From: Patescibacteria group bacterium
Lineage (GTDB): Bacteria; Patescibacteriota; Patescibacteriia; Patescibacteriales; BM507
Assembly: GCA_027858235.1 (NCBI GenBank)
Contig: JAQIDC010000055.1
Location: 29,826-93,825, forward strand
Reading direction: 5' to 3'
DNA: 64,000 bases
Within the stretch, counting starts at the first letter, position 1, and each line of letters opens with the position of its first letter. Made by a program: the position numbers and the translations under genes. Under the pieces are notes generated by a model, which made no database searches, was not told where the DNA came from, and worked only from the letters and a program-made list of their open reading frames with translations. Of the stretch, positions 34,391-43,671 are shown one piece after another.

Positions 34391-34860
34391 TCAATAAATA
34401 TCGCTCCAAATTTATTTATTCTTATACTTTTTTCATTCGCCCCTTCCGGTGAAAACAAGAACACCACTTCATTGTCGGGAGTACCCGAGCCAAGCAAAAA
34501 ATTTATATCAGTGTTTTCTGCAGGAGAAACAAGTTCCAGGGAACTATTGAAGCTAATTTCAAAATCTTCATTCAAAACCCTGGTCTGGAAAGAATTACCT
34601 TTATAAAAAACAAATTTGTTAGCAACTACATCCAGATATGCCCCAAAAGAAGAATCATTAAGAGAAGAAAAACTTTTCTGTCTGGTTCTTTTAAGTAAAT
34701 TTTCAATTTCAAGCATGCTACTGCGTGAATAGGTCTTGTTTGAAAAATGAGAATAAACAGGAAAGGAAACTAGGCCCAAACTACCAATAATTGCAATAAC
34801 AATCAAAAGTTCAATTAAAGTAAACCCGCCTTTTCTAATTTTTCTAGAAGAAATAAACAT
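34387..34860 (-). CDS. Minor pilin / pseudopilin (GspH/FimT-like)
   Basis: 157 aa. MFISSRKIRKGG/FTLIELLIVIAIIGSLG. ATGA overlap with the downstream gene. Confidence 0.65.
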   Translation of the reverse strand: MFISSRKIRKGGFTLIELLIVIAIIGSLGLVSFPVYSHFSNKTYSRSSMLEIENLLKRTRQKSFSSLNDSSFGAYLDVVANKFVFYKGNSFQTRVLNEDFEISFNSSLELVSPAENTDINFLLGSGTPDNEVVFLFSPEGANEKSIRINKFGAIFIE

Positions 34861-34864
34861 ATGA

Positions 34865-35944
34865 CTATTTGTAAACTGATCCGGTTATTTGATATATAGG
34901 GCTTATTATTGATATAGCCAACCAGCCGACGATAAGTCCTACAAAGATAAGCAAAAAAGGTTCTATTAAAACAGAGATTCTTTTAGTTGCTTGGTCTAGT
35001 TTTGCTTCATTTATCTGGGCGAGTTTTTCAAGAGTTTCTTCAAGACTACCAGCCTTCTCTGCTACCCTAATCATAGAAAGACTCAATTTTGAAAAATATT
35101 TTTCATACTCAGCCATAGCCTCTGATAGTTTATTTCCGCCAGATACTTTTAAAGAAATTTCTTTTAAATAATTTTTATAATAAATATTATTTAGAGTCTC
35201 ACTTGTTACAAGAAGTGCCTCGTCAATAGATATACCGCTCTTCAATAGAGAACTTAGAGTTCTTGAAAATCTGGCAATATTAGAATAATGAGAAATATTT
35301 TTTACTAGAGGGGTATATAAAACAAGTAAATGACTAATTGGTTTAATAAACTTTTGTCTGAGTAGCCATGTCAAAAAAACAAGAGAGCCAAAAGTTTGAA
35401 TTAGAAATAATATAATATTATTTTCAACATAATTTGAAAAACTTATCAAAAACCTAGTTGATGCAGGCAAATCAACTCTTAATCCTTCAAAAATTGGTGT
35501 TATTTTCGGTAAAACAAAAATGGATAAACCGATTCCCAAAATAAAGCTCATGGCCAGGACAACTCCAGGATAGACCATGGCATTTTTAATCTTGTCACTT
35601 AGCTCTTTTTCTTTTTCTAGCTGAATACCCAAATTAGAAAGATTTTCCTCCAGACTCCCAGATAATTCTCCTGCCCTAACTATAGAAATAAATAAATTGG
35701 AAAATATTTTTGGGTGTCTAGTAAAAGATTCAGCCAGACTGTTCCCAGCGGAAACAGAATCTGAGATATCTTGATTAATAATTTTTAAAAGTCCCCTAGA
35801 TTGATCGCCAATTACGTCTAAACTTTCTACAATAGAGAGGCCTGAGCGCAACATCATAGAAAGATTACTCACAAAAAAAGACTTATCAGACAAGTTAAGT
35901 CTTCCAAAATATTTTATTTTTTTGTTTCCTCCTCTTGTGTTCAT
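34865..35944 (-). CDS. pilC: Type IV pilus / T2SS platform protein (GspF/PilC family)
   Basis: 359 aa with two T2SS-F-like repeats (MLRSGLSIVESLDVI and LLKSGISIDEALLVT) and 3 TM segments. Confidence 0.8.
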   Translation of the reverse strand: MNTRGGNKKIKYFGRLNLSDKSFFVSNLSMMLRSGLSIVESLDVIGDQSRGLLKIINQDISDSVSAGNSLAESFTRHPKIFSNLFISIVRAGELSGSLEENLSNLGIQLEKEKELSDKIKNAMVYPGVVLAMSFILGIGLSIFVLPKITPIFEGLRVDLPASTRFLISFSNYVENNIILFLIQTFGSLVFLTWLLRQKFIKPISHLLVLYTPLVKNISHYSNIARFSRTLSSLLKSGISIDEALLVTSETLNNIYYKNYLKEISLKVSGGNKLSEAMAEYEKYFSKLSLSMIRVAEKAGSLEETLEKLAQINEAKLDQATKRISVLIEPFLLIFVGLIVGWLAISIISPIYQITGSVYK

Positions 35945-35947
35945 AAT

Positions 35948-37630
35948 TTAATCTTTAGCAACTCTCAAAATTTCACCTAAGCTTGTTTCCCCATTTAATA
36001 CTTTTTCTATTCCGTCTTCCATCATAGTCTTCATTCCTTGTTTTCGAGCTAATTCTTTTATTTCATCGCTAGATGCTTTATTTATTATCAACTCCCTAAT
36101 TTCATCTGTTATTTCAAGTATTTCAAAAATACCTATCCTGCCTTTATAACCTGTGTTAGTGCAAAGTTTACAGCCGCTCCCTTTGTAAAAAATAAGAGAA
36201 GAAAGTTTTTTCCCTTTTAAGTCCATTGCCTTGAGTAATGATTTATCTGATTTAAATATTTTTTCTTCTTCTTTACCCAGAGAATATGAAACTCGACACT
36301 TCTCACATAATTTCCTAACAAGTCTTTGCCCAATAATGATGTTAACAGTAGAAGCTATTAAAAATGTCTCAACTTTCATATCATCAAGACGAGGCAAGGT
36401 CGTTGCAGCATCATTGGCATGCATGGTAGACAGAACCAAATGACCAGTCATGGCAGAATTAATAGCAATTTCTGCTGTTTCTGCGTCTCTAATTTCACCA
36501 ACCATTATAATATCGGGGTCTTGTCTAACTATTGCTCTTAGACCGGAAGCAAAACCAAGATTAGTTTTTTTGTTGACCTGAATTTGATTTACTCTCTCAA
36601 TATCATATTCCACTGGGTCTTCAATTGTTGAGATATTTACTTCTTCGGTGTTCAGAACTTTAAGCAATTCATAGATAGTTGTTGTTTTACCTGATCCTGT
36701 AGGGCCTGTAACCATTATTAAGCCATGTGGACTTTTTAAATTATTGTCTATTATTGCTAAATCTCTTTTTGAGAATCCAAGACTTGATAATTTTTTTTGC
36801 CTATTTCCAGAAGCAAGAAGTCTCATAACCACTTTTTCACCGGAAGTAATCGGAATAATAGAAACCCTCAAATCAACTGTCTCTCTGTTAATGTTAAATT
36901 GAAAACTTCCATCTTGGGCTGCAAAATGCTCATCTGTCCTTAACTTTGATAATATTTTTATACGACTTATTATTGAATCAAGATATTTTTTTGGTAGCTC
37001 AACTATTTCATGCATCACACCATCTATCCTAAAACGAATAGCAACCTTCTCTTTATAGGGTTCTATATGTAAATCTGAGGCCTTAGAAAAATATGCGTAC
37101 TCCAAAAGTGTTTCGATTATTATTGTATTGGTTTGTGATATTTCTCCACTCTTTTTATCTTTATCTAAATTATTAAAAAGCTCATCAAATGAAGTCTTTA
37201 TATCCTTTTTATATAAAACTAAACTGCCTTCAAAATCTCTCCTACTTATATAAAAAGGAACTATCTTCTTATCTAAAAATCTTTCTAAATTATGAATAGT
37301 TTCAATGTCACTAGGCTCCAGAAGGCCTGCCGATATTTTATTTCCACTTTTAGAAAATAAAATTACTCCCATTTTTCTGGCCACTGGCTCCTCAAGTAGC
37401 CCCAGAGTGTCAATATCAATCTTTTCCTTCCTTAAATTAACAAAAGAATAGCCCATTTTCTGCGCTATCAATAATCCAATTTCTTCATCTTTAATTAAAT
37501 CCTTATCGATTAAATAATGACAAATTTTTTCACTATCTTCTCCTAATTTTTTTTTTGCTCTCGAATAATCATCTTCACTAATATAGCCTGGTTCAACAAG
37601 AATTTCTCTTAATTTTATTTCACTTATCAT
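35948..37630 (-). CDS. pilB: Type IV pilus assembly ATPase (GspE/PilB family)
   Basis: 560 aa. Walker A GPTGSGKTTT, VGEIRD Asp box, HLVLSTMHAN His box, tetracysteine CEKC...CKLC. Confidence 0.9.
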   Translation of the reverse strand: MISEIKLREILVEPGYISEDDYSRAKKKLGEDSEKICHYLIDKDLIKDEEIGLLIAQKMGYSFVNLRKEKIDIDTLGLLEEPVARKMGVILFSKSGNKISAGLLEPSDIETIHNLERFLDKKIVPFYISRRDFEGSLVLYKKDIKTSFDELFNNLDKDKKSGEISQTNTIIIETLLEYAYFSKASDLHIEPYKEKVAIRFRIDGVMHEIVELPKKYLDSIISRIKILSKLRTDEHFAAQDGSFQFNINRETVDLRVSIIPITSGEKVVMRLLASGNRQKKLSSLGFSKRDLAIIDNNLKSPHGLIMVTGPTGSGKTTTIYELLKVLNTEEVNISTIEDPVEYDIERVNQIQVNKKTNLGFASGLRAIVRQDPDIIMVGEIRDAETAEIAINSAMTGHLVLSTMHANDAATTLPRLDDMKVETFLIASTVNIIIGQRLVRKLCEKCRVSYSLGKEEEKIFKSDKSLLKAMDLKGKKLSSLIFYKGSGCKLCTNTGYKGRIGIFEILEITDEIRELIINKASSDEIKELARKQGMKTMMEDGIEKVLNGETSLGEILRVAKD

Positions 37631-37640
37631 ATAAAGAAAA

Positions 37641-38039
37641 TTATTTAACAGTCTTCCTAATTTTTTTCACGATATCAGCTATTGTAAAGTTCGCTTTTAT
37701 TAAATAATCATCGGCTCCTAGGGACATACATTCTTCAATATTTTCTTCTGCTGAAAAATTGGTAAGCATAATTATTTTTATTTTATTTTTATTTTTAAAG
37801 TCTTTGGTTTTTTTCAAGACCTCTACTCCGTTTATCTTTGGCATCATTATATCAAGGAGAACTATATCTGGAATGTTCTTTTTCATTAATTTTATTCCTT
37901 CATCGCCGTCAAGGGCCATAAGAACCTCAAAACCAGCTTTCTTCAATCCGAACTTCAGGGCTTGCGACAATAATAAAGAATCTTCTACAACAAGAACAAG
38001 TGTAGGAGAGTTTTTTTCGATTTTTTTTAAATTTTTCAT
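37641..38039 (-). CDS. Single-domain response regulator (CheY/PilG-PilH-like)
   Basis: 132 aa. VLVVEDS...DIVLLDIMMPKINGVEVL...IIMLTN is a REC domain with no output domain. Confidence 0.85.
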   Translation of the reverse strand: MKNLKKIEKNSPTLVLVVEDSLLLSQALKFGLKKAGFEVLMALDGDEGIKLMKKNIPDIVLLDIMMPKINGVEVLKKTKDFKNKNKIKIIMLTNFSAEENIEECMSLGADDYLIKANFTIADIVKKIRKTVK

Positions 38040-38054
38040 AATTGTAATGAATTG

Positions 38055-38435
38055 TTAGTCAAGAATTTTCTTGATTTTATCCACTACCTCTCCTAATGAA
38101 TAATTTGATTTAATCATATAATCAGTTGCTCCAAGCTCTTGTCCCTTCAAAATATCTGATTCTTGTCCAAGGTTGGACAATATTACAACTGGTATTTTTT
38201 TTAATAACTTTTCCTTTTTTAAGGCTGTTAAAACCTCAAAACCATTCATCTCGGGCATTATAACATCAAGCAATATTATATTTGGTTTATTTTTTTTAGC
38301 TAAATCTAGTGCCTTTTTCCCATTTTCAGCATGAATAACTTCATAACCAGCCCTTGCTAATCCATCCTTATAGGCAAGAGAAATAAATTTATCATCTTCA
38401 GCTAAGAGTACTATCTGTTTTTTAATTTCCTTCAT
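38055..38435 (-). CDS. Single-domain response regulator (CheY/PilG-PilH-like)
   Basis: 126 aa. VLLAEDD...NIILLDVIMPEMNGFEVL...VVILSN is a REC domain only. Confidence 0.85.
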   Translation of the reverse strand: MKEIKKQIVLLAEDDKFISLAYKDGLARAGYEVIHAENGKKALDLAKKNKPNIILLDVIMPEMNGFEVLTALKKEKLLKKIPVVILSNLGQESDILKGQELGATDYMIKSNYSLGEVVDKIKKILD

Positions 38436-38470
38436 ATTTATTTATTATACAATTTTATTAGTTTTATTTT

Positions 38471-38479
38471 ATTATAGCA
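38471..38479 (-). promoter_or_regulatory. Extended -10 box TGCTATAAT (minus strand) ahead of the REC-REC-pilus operon
   Basis: Plus-strand ATTATAGCA, in the 72-bp gap between the kinase stop (38508) and the REC start (38435). Confidence 0.45.
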
Positions 38480-38507
38480 TTATTCTATGTATTTATTAAT
38501 TTGCAAT

Positions 38508-41500
38508 TTATGAAATAGACAAGCCACGCTCTCCTTCTTTTTTCTTCATTCCTTTCTTTGGCAATGAAACAAAAAAAGTTGTTCCTTTACCCTTTATTGA
38601 TTTAAACCAAATTTTCCCCCCAGATGACTCTATTATCATTTTGGATACATAAAGACCAAGCCCTGTCCCTTCTGTTGCAACCTTAACAGCATTGTCTGCC
38701 CTAAAAAATTTTTCAAAAATTCTATTTTGCACCTTTTTAGGAATTCCTATCCCAGAATCACTAACCGTGACAATAAAATTATCTTTATTTTCTTTTACTA
38801 GAACCGTAACTTTCCCGCCATTTTTTGTATATCTTATCGCGTTTGTTAGTAAATTATGATAAACTTGCCTAACAAGACCCTTGTCTAGGGGGATAAGTGC
38901 TAAGTTCTTTTTTGCTCTATAATTTATTTTTACCTTTTTAATCGCTGCCAAAGGTTTCGCTTCTGCCAACAAAGAAATTAAAAATTTATCCAAATCAACA
39001 GGCTCTGGATTTATCATTAACCTGCCAGACTCTATCCTTGTAACATTCAAGAGGTCGTTAACCAGTCCCACCATTCGCTCTGTTGAATCATATACATTTG
39101 AAAGATATTCTTTTTGTTCTTTAGACATTTTCCCCACCTGTTCATTTATTAACATTTCTGTAAATAACTTAATCGCTGTTAAAGGAGTCCTTAATTGATG
39201 TGAAGCCACAGAAACAAACTCTGTTTTCATTTTATCTATATATTTAAGATGGGTTACATCTTGCATAATAATTGCTGAACCGATGATTTTATTTTTATAA
39301 TCGTGAATAGGTGTAATCAAGACTTGATAAATATATTCTGTCTTATTTTTTTCTAAAATCAATTCTTCTATTTTGGTTAACTTGCCTTTTCCGAGTGCTT
39401 TTTTTACATATTCTTTTATTTCATAAGACTCAGTTTTAGTGAAAAAATCTTCCAATCCCTTTCCATCAGAAGATATTCCACAAAAGTTTTCACCTGCGGG
39501 GTTTATTAAACTCAAATTAAAATTTAAATCAAACATTAAAATACCATTACTAAGACTTCTTACCAAAGATTCTGTTTTTGACTGTTGAGTTTTATTTAGT
39601 AGCTGGGCATTAGCAAGAGCAATGGAAAAATTAGAAGTAAGTGTATCTAGATAAGATCTTATATCATCGGGAAAAGCATTTTTCTCCTTGGAGCACAGAT
39701 GAATAAAACCTAGTTTCTTTTTACCAACTTTCAAATCTAAAAACAATTCAGATTCAATTTTAAAAGAATATTTTTCATGTGCGTTTTTCGAAGTTTTATA
39801 TTTTTGAACTTTGGCATTATTTTTTTCTAGAGATAAAAAATCAATATTATTAATATTTTTTGATATTTTTTTAATAATTTCATTATCTAAATTAAATGAA
39901 AACTTATTTTTTTGATATGAACGATAAAATACATCTTCTCTGAAATCGTTAAGCTTTAGAAAAAAAGTAATAGCCTCAGTTTTGGTGTTTTCCATTAAAT
40001 AGCTTTTCACTTTAAGAACAAGAGTTTCAGTCTCAAACACACTCGCAAATTCGCTACTAAGTATGGCTAAGGATCCTAGCTCCTTACCTCTTTTTTTAAG
40101 ATCTTCATTATATTTTTCTAATTGTTCCTGTGTCTCTGATACATCTTCAAGAATATTTAGGGTAGCAAGTCTTTGAATCTCTTGATTCTTTTTATCATCT
40201 TCTGCTTTGTCAAGCAAAGATTTTAGTTCACTATTTTTCCCACTTAACTCATTTTTTAATATTCTTTCTTCGCTCACATCTCTAAAAATTCCATGCAAAA
40301 AGAATTGATTGGTATTTCTATTTTCTATACTAAATTCTCCTTGTAAATAGACCTTTTTTTTGCTTAAATCAAATAATTCTAACTCAATTTTAATATTGAA
40401 AACATTTTTACCTATCCCTGCAATATTTCCCTGATACTGAATATAACTTTTATCATTCATTATGTCTTTTATGTAAAACCCATCATTCTTTCCAAATCTT
40501 TTTTTAAATGCTTCATTTGAGAATTCAATTCTTCCTTTTTCGTCTAAAGTAAAAATATAATCGTTCGTATTTTTAAAAATATCTTTATATTTTTTTTCTG
40601 CAAGACGGACCAATAAATTATCAATAAAATAATTTGATATCAGGTAAAAAAGAAGCATGAAAAAAAGAGTTATGATATAGGAAGTGATGGCTATATCAAA
40701 AATAATTTTCTCTACGGATGAATATTCTTCTATAACACCAACATTCCATCCAGGGACGTTTATGCTTTTAAATTTCAAGAAATAATATCCGTCCACACCA
40801 CTATAGAGATTATTGTTTTTCAATTCAAAAGCGAGGGAAGGAATTTCGTCCTCCTTATAAATACAATCATCTTCATTAACAGACTCCCTGCATGTGTCGT
40901 CAAATAATGATTTATCTTCTATCTCTTTTTGGGTAGAGGCAAAAATTACTCCTTCTGGAGACAATAAAAATAAGTCACTTTTTGATGCAAAAAAATCATC
41001 AAAAATAGCTGGTGACGTTTTTGCAACCACCACTGCGATTATTTTATTGTTCAATAAAATTGGCGAAGCAAAATAAGCCCCCTTTGCCCCAGAAGTAATT
41101 CCTTTTGCAAAATAAACTGAATCAGCTCCTTTTATTGCTTCTTGAAAATAAGGTCTAAAAGAATAATTTTTTCCTAAAAAGCTAACGTCACTGTTCCTAT
41201 TAGAGCTAACAATTGCATTGCCATCAAAGTCCATAATATAAAGGATATCAATCCCAGAAGCCTTTATGTAGTCATCAACGTCTTTATATAGTGGACTATT
41301 AATATTATTTGCCTCATTCTCAACAAGAAGAGAAGAACTAGTAGCAGAATAATAAGAAGACAAAAAATCTTTTAATAGTCTATTTTGAGCAAATATCCGA
41401 GAAAAACTACTATATGCATTACTATGGTTATTAAAATTAGCCACTCCAGCATCAACCTCAGCCTCTCTATATACAAGAAGTTTGTTGCGATACTTATTTT

Positions 41501-42260
41501 TTGAGTCAATAATATATGAGTTCAAAAAAATAATACCTCCAATAAAAATTATAAAAAAAATAAAAAAAGTTTTTCTGGTTGACGACCAAAAAGGACCCCC
41601 ATCTTTAAAGGAAACATCCTTTATAAAATTATTTATTAACAAAAAGGAAGTTAAATAAAACAGAATAGAGCTAAAACCGAAATATACATACTGATAATAT
41701 TGATTTTCAAACAAGGCCGTATTTCTTCCAAAAAACAAAAACGATAAAGTTATTATAAAAATAACTGCTAAAAGATTATTTAAACTTAGCCCGTGATTTT
41801 TATCATCATTTTCTTTGCAATCTAGGTAGAAATAATATGCCCCTAGCAATCCGACGCTGAAAACGAAAAGTGGAACTAACTCTTTATGATAAAAAAGTGA
41901 AACAAAAAACAACAAGAGAAGAAGAAATTTGATAAATATTACTTTTCTTTTTTCAAGATTATAAAAATTTGAAATTTTTTTTAAATTTTCAAAAAATAAA
42001 TAAAAAATAAGGAAACAAGAAGCGACTGCTAATATTTGTTTTATATATGAAAAAATTAATTCGTTTGTCTGTAAAAAGACAAAAGAAAATTCTTTAATTC
42101 CATACATAAACAACCAAAATGATAAAATAGCGAAAATCTTATTTTTATTCTGCTTTCTTTTAAGAAAAACAAAACCAAAAATTGTTGAAGAAACAAAAAA
42201 AGACAAAACATAAATTATCTTCAAAAAATCAATATCAATTTGGAAATATAAATCAAACAT
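38508..42260 (-). CDS. Large hybrid-architecture sensor histidine kinase (multi-TM N-terminus, Cache-like extracytoplasmic domain, PAS/GAF region, HisKA, HATPase_c)
   Basis: 1250 aa with about 7 N-terminal TM helices. Cache-like block FLGKNYSFRPYFQEAIKG...AYFASPI. H-box SVASHQLRTPLTAI. ATPase motifs NLLTNAIRYT, DSGIGI, GTGLGLYV. Confidence 0.85.
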   Translation of the reverse strand: MFDLYFQIDIDFLKIIYVLSFFVSSTIFGFVFLKRKQNKNKIFAILSFWLFMYGIKEFSFVFLQTNELIFSYIKQILAVASCFLIFYLFFENLKKISNFYNLEKRKVIFIKFLLLLLFFVSLFYHKELVPLFVFSVGLLGAYYFYLDCKENDDKNHGLSLNNLLAVIFIITLSFLFFGRNTALFENQYYQYVYFGFSSILFYLTSFLLINNFIKDVSFKDGGPFWSSTRKTFFIFFIIFIGGIIFLNSYIIDSKNKYRNKLLVYREAEVDAGVANFNNHSNAYSSFSRIFAQNRLLKDFLSSYYSATSSSLLVENEANNINSPLYKDVDDYIKASGIDILYIMDFDGNAIVSSNRNSDVSFLGKNYSFRPYFQEAIKGADSVYFAKGITSGAKGAYFASPILLNNKIIAVVVAKTSPAIFDDFFASKSDLFLLSPEGVIFASTQKEIEDKSLFDDTCRESVNEDDCIYKEDEIPSLAFELKNNNLYSGVDGYYFLKFKSINVPGWNVGVIEEYSSVEKIIFDIAITSYIITLFFMLLFYLISNYFIDNLLVRLAEKKYKDIFKNTNDYIFTLDEKGRIEFSNEAFKKRFGKNDGFYIKDIMNDKSYIQYQGNIAGIGKNVFNIKIELELFDLSKKKVYLQGEFSIENRNTNQFFLHGIFRDVSEERILKNELSGKNSELKSLLDKAEDDKKNQEIQRLATLNILEDVSETQEQLEKYNEDLKKRGKELGSLAILSSEFASVFETETLVLKVKSYLMENTKTEAITFFLKLNDFREDVFYRSYQKNKFSFNLDNEIIKKISKNINNIDFLSLEKNNAKVQKYKTSKNAHEKYSFKIESELFLDLKVGKKKLGFIHLCSKEKNAFPDDIRSYLDTLTSNFSIALANAQLLNKTQQSKTESLVRSLSNGILMFDLNFNLSLINPAGENFCGISSDGKGLEDFFTKTESYEIKEYVKKALGKGKLTKIEELILEKNKTEYIYQVLITPIHDYKNKIIGSAIIMQDVTHLKYIDKMKTEFVSVASHQLRTPLTAIKLFTEMLINEQVGKMSKEQKEYLSNVYDSTERMVGLVNDLLNVTRIESGRLMINPEPVDLDKFLISLLAEAKPLAAIKKVKINYRAKKNLALIPLDKGLVRQVYHNLLTNAIRYTKNGGKVTVLVKENKDNFIVTVSDSGIGIPKKVQNRIFEKFFRADNAVKVATEGTGLGLYVSKMIIESSGGKIWFKSIKGKGTTFFVSLPKKGMKKKEGERGLSIS

Positions 42261-42266
42261 ATTTTC

Positions 42267-43538
42267 TTATTCAGTTTTTTTTAATTTTTTAATTTCATTC
42301 TTCAAGTCTATCATTCTTAATTCTCTGTTGACTGCAATGTTATTAAATACTTCTAGCTCATTATTTCTTTTTTCTAAATCTTCTTTCTTTCTTTCCATTT
42401 CAGTGATATCTTCAACGATTATTAAAACACTCGGAGAATCTACCTCTCCCACTGGCAGCCCAATAAAATTTCTCATTGTCTCTTTTTTCCCAATAACAGA
42501 AGTATATTTTATTGCCTCCATTCTAAACTTATTCCCATCAAAACAGCTCTTTATTTTATCTAAAAGCCCAATATTTTCATATGGTGCGTGTTTTAAAAAA
42601 TTTATACTAACAAAATTATCAAATGTTCTCCCGGACATCTCAATCATTTTTTGATTAACATAGATAGCTCTCCCCTCTTTATTAATAACAAACATTCCTA
42701 CGGGAGAATTTTCTAAAATATCTTTATTCAATCTATTAATATTAACCAATTCTGTCTCTCTTTTTCTGGAGTCTGTTATATCGTGAGCTATTCCACATAT
42801 TCCAATTATCTCACCCTTTTTATCAATAAGTGGAGTTTTTGTTTTTTGAAAAATTCTTTCTTCTTCATTAATTTTTTTTACAACATCTTCTTTTATTGTC
42901 TCTCCTAATAATACTCTATTGTCAAGATCTTTAATTTTACTTATTTCACTCTTTGAATAAATACTAGAATCATCTTTCCCAATTAACTTTGAATTTTCTT
43001 TTTTAAAATACTTTTCCGCAACCGTATTTATGCGTGTGTATTTTAAATTTTTATCTTTTGTAAAAATAACATCTTGCACCGAATTAACCATAGAAGATAA
43101 GATTGTCTCACTCTCACTTAATAACATTTTATCATTTTTTTCTTCTGTTATATCAATATGATATTCGACAATTTTAGTTAGCTTTTTCGCTTTATTAAAA
43201 ATAGGGTAAGCCATCAATCTAACATTAATATCTTTCCCGTTTTTGTCCTTATGTAAGTGTTCAAGAACAACTAGTTTTTTCGTTTTTTTTACTTCTCTTA
43301 CGGGGCATACATGATCAAGCTCTGAGCAAGGTTTTTTTGAACCATGAGATAACTCATGACAAAACAGACTATTTTTATTGATGTTTTTCTTAATTTTAAC
43401 ATTAGTAAAAGAAATACTATAATCATCGACGTTTATTATATAAAATGGATATGGGAAAAATTCAAAAAGTTTTTTAAACTCTGGAAGATTATCTTTTCTT
43501 AGCTCATTCCTGTTATTTTTGCTATTTTTTTTAATCAT
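42267..43538 (-). CDS. PAS-domain protein without transmitter domain; Cys/His-rich N-terminal PAS-like segment; C-terminal coiled coil
   Basis: 423 aa with repeated PAS-like blocks (VQDVIFTKDKNLKYTRINT..., SPVGMFVINKEGRAIYVNQ...). No H-box or ATPase motifs. Contains CHELSHGSKKPCSELDHVCP. Confidence 0.6.
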   Translation of the reverse strand: MIKKNSKNNRNELRKDNLPEFKKLFEFFPYPFYIINVDDYSISFTNVKIKKNINKNSLFCHELSHGSKKPCSELDHVCPVREVKKTKKLVVLEHLHKDKNGKDINVRLMAYPIFNKAKKLTKIVEYHIDITEEKNDKMLLSESETILSSMVNSVQDVIFTKDKNLKYTRINTVAEKYFKKENSKLIGKDDSSIYSKSEISKIKDLDNRVLLGETIKEDVVKKINEEERIFQKTKTPLIDKKGEIIGICGIAHDITDSRKRETELVNINRLNKDILENSPVGMFVINKEGRAIYVNQKMIEMSGRTFDNFVSINFLKHAPYENIGLLDKIKSCFDGNKFRMEAIKYTSVIGKKETMRNFIGLPVGEVDSPSVLIIVEDITEMERKKEDLEKRNNELEVFNNIAVNRELRMIDLKNEIKKLKKTE

Positions 43539-43636
43539 AATTACTTATAAAATAAATAAAAAAGCCCAAAAAATAACTTTCTTGTTTTTGGTGTATTTTT
43601 AATTCCTCCTTCATACTTTGTTTATCTTATATAACT

Positions 43637-43645
43637 ATTATAACA
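43637..43645 (-). promoter_or_regulatory. Extended -10 box TGTTATAAT (minus strand) ahead of 42267..43538
   Basis: Plus-strand ATTATAACA, about 100 nt upstream of the ATG at 43538. Confidence 0.4.
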
Positions 43646-43671
43646 TAGATGGGTATTAATTAACAAAAATA

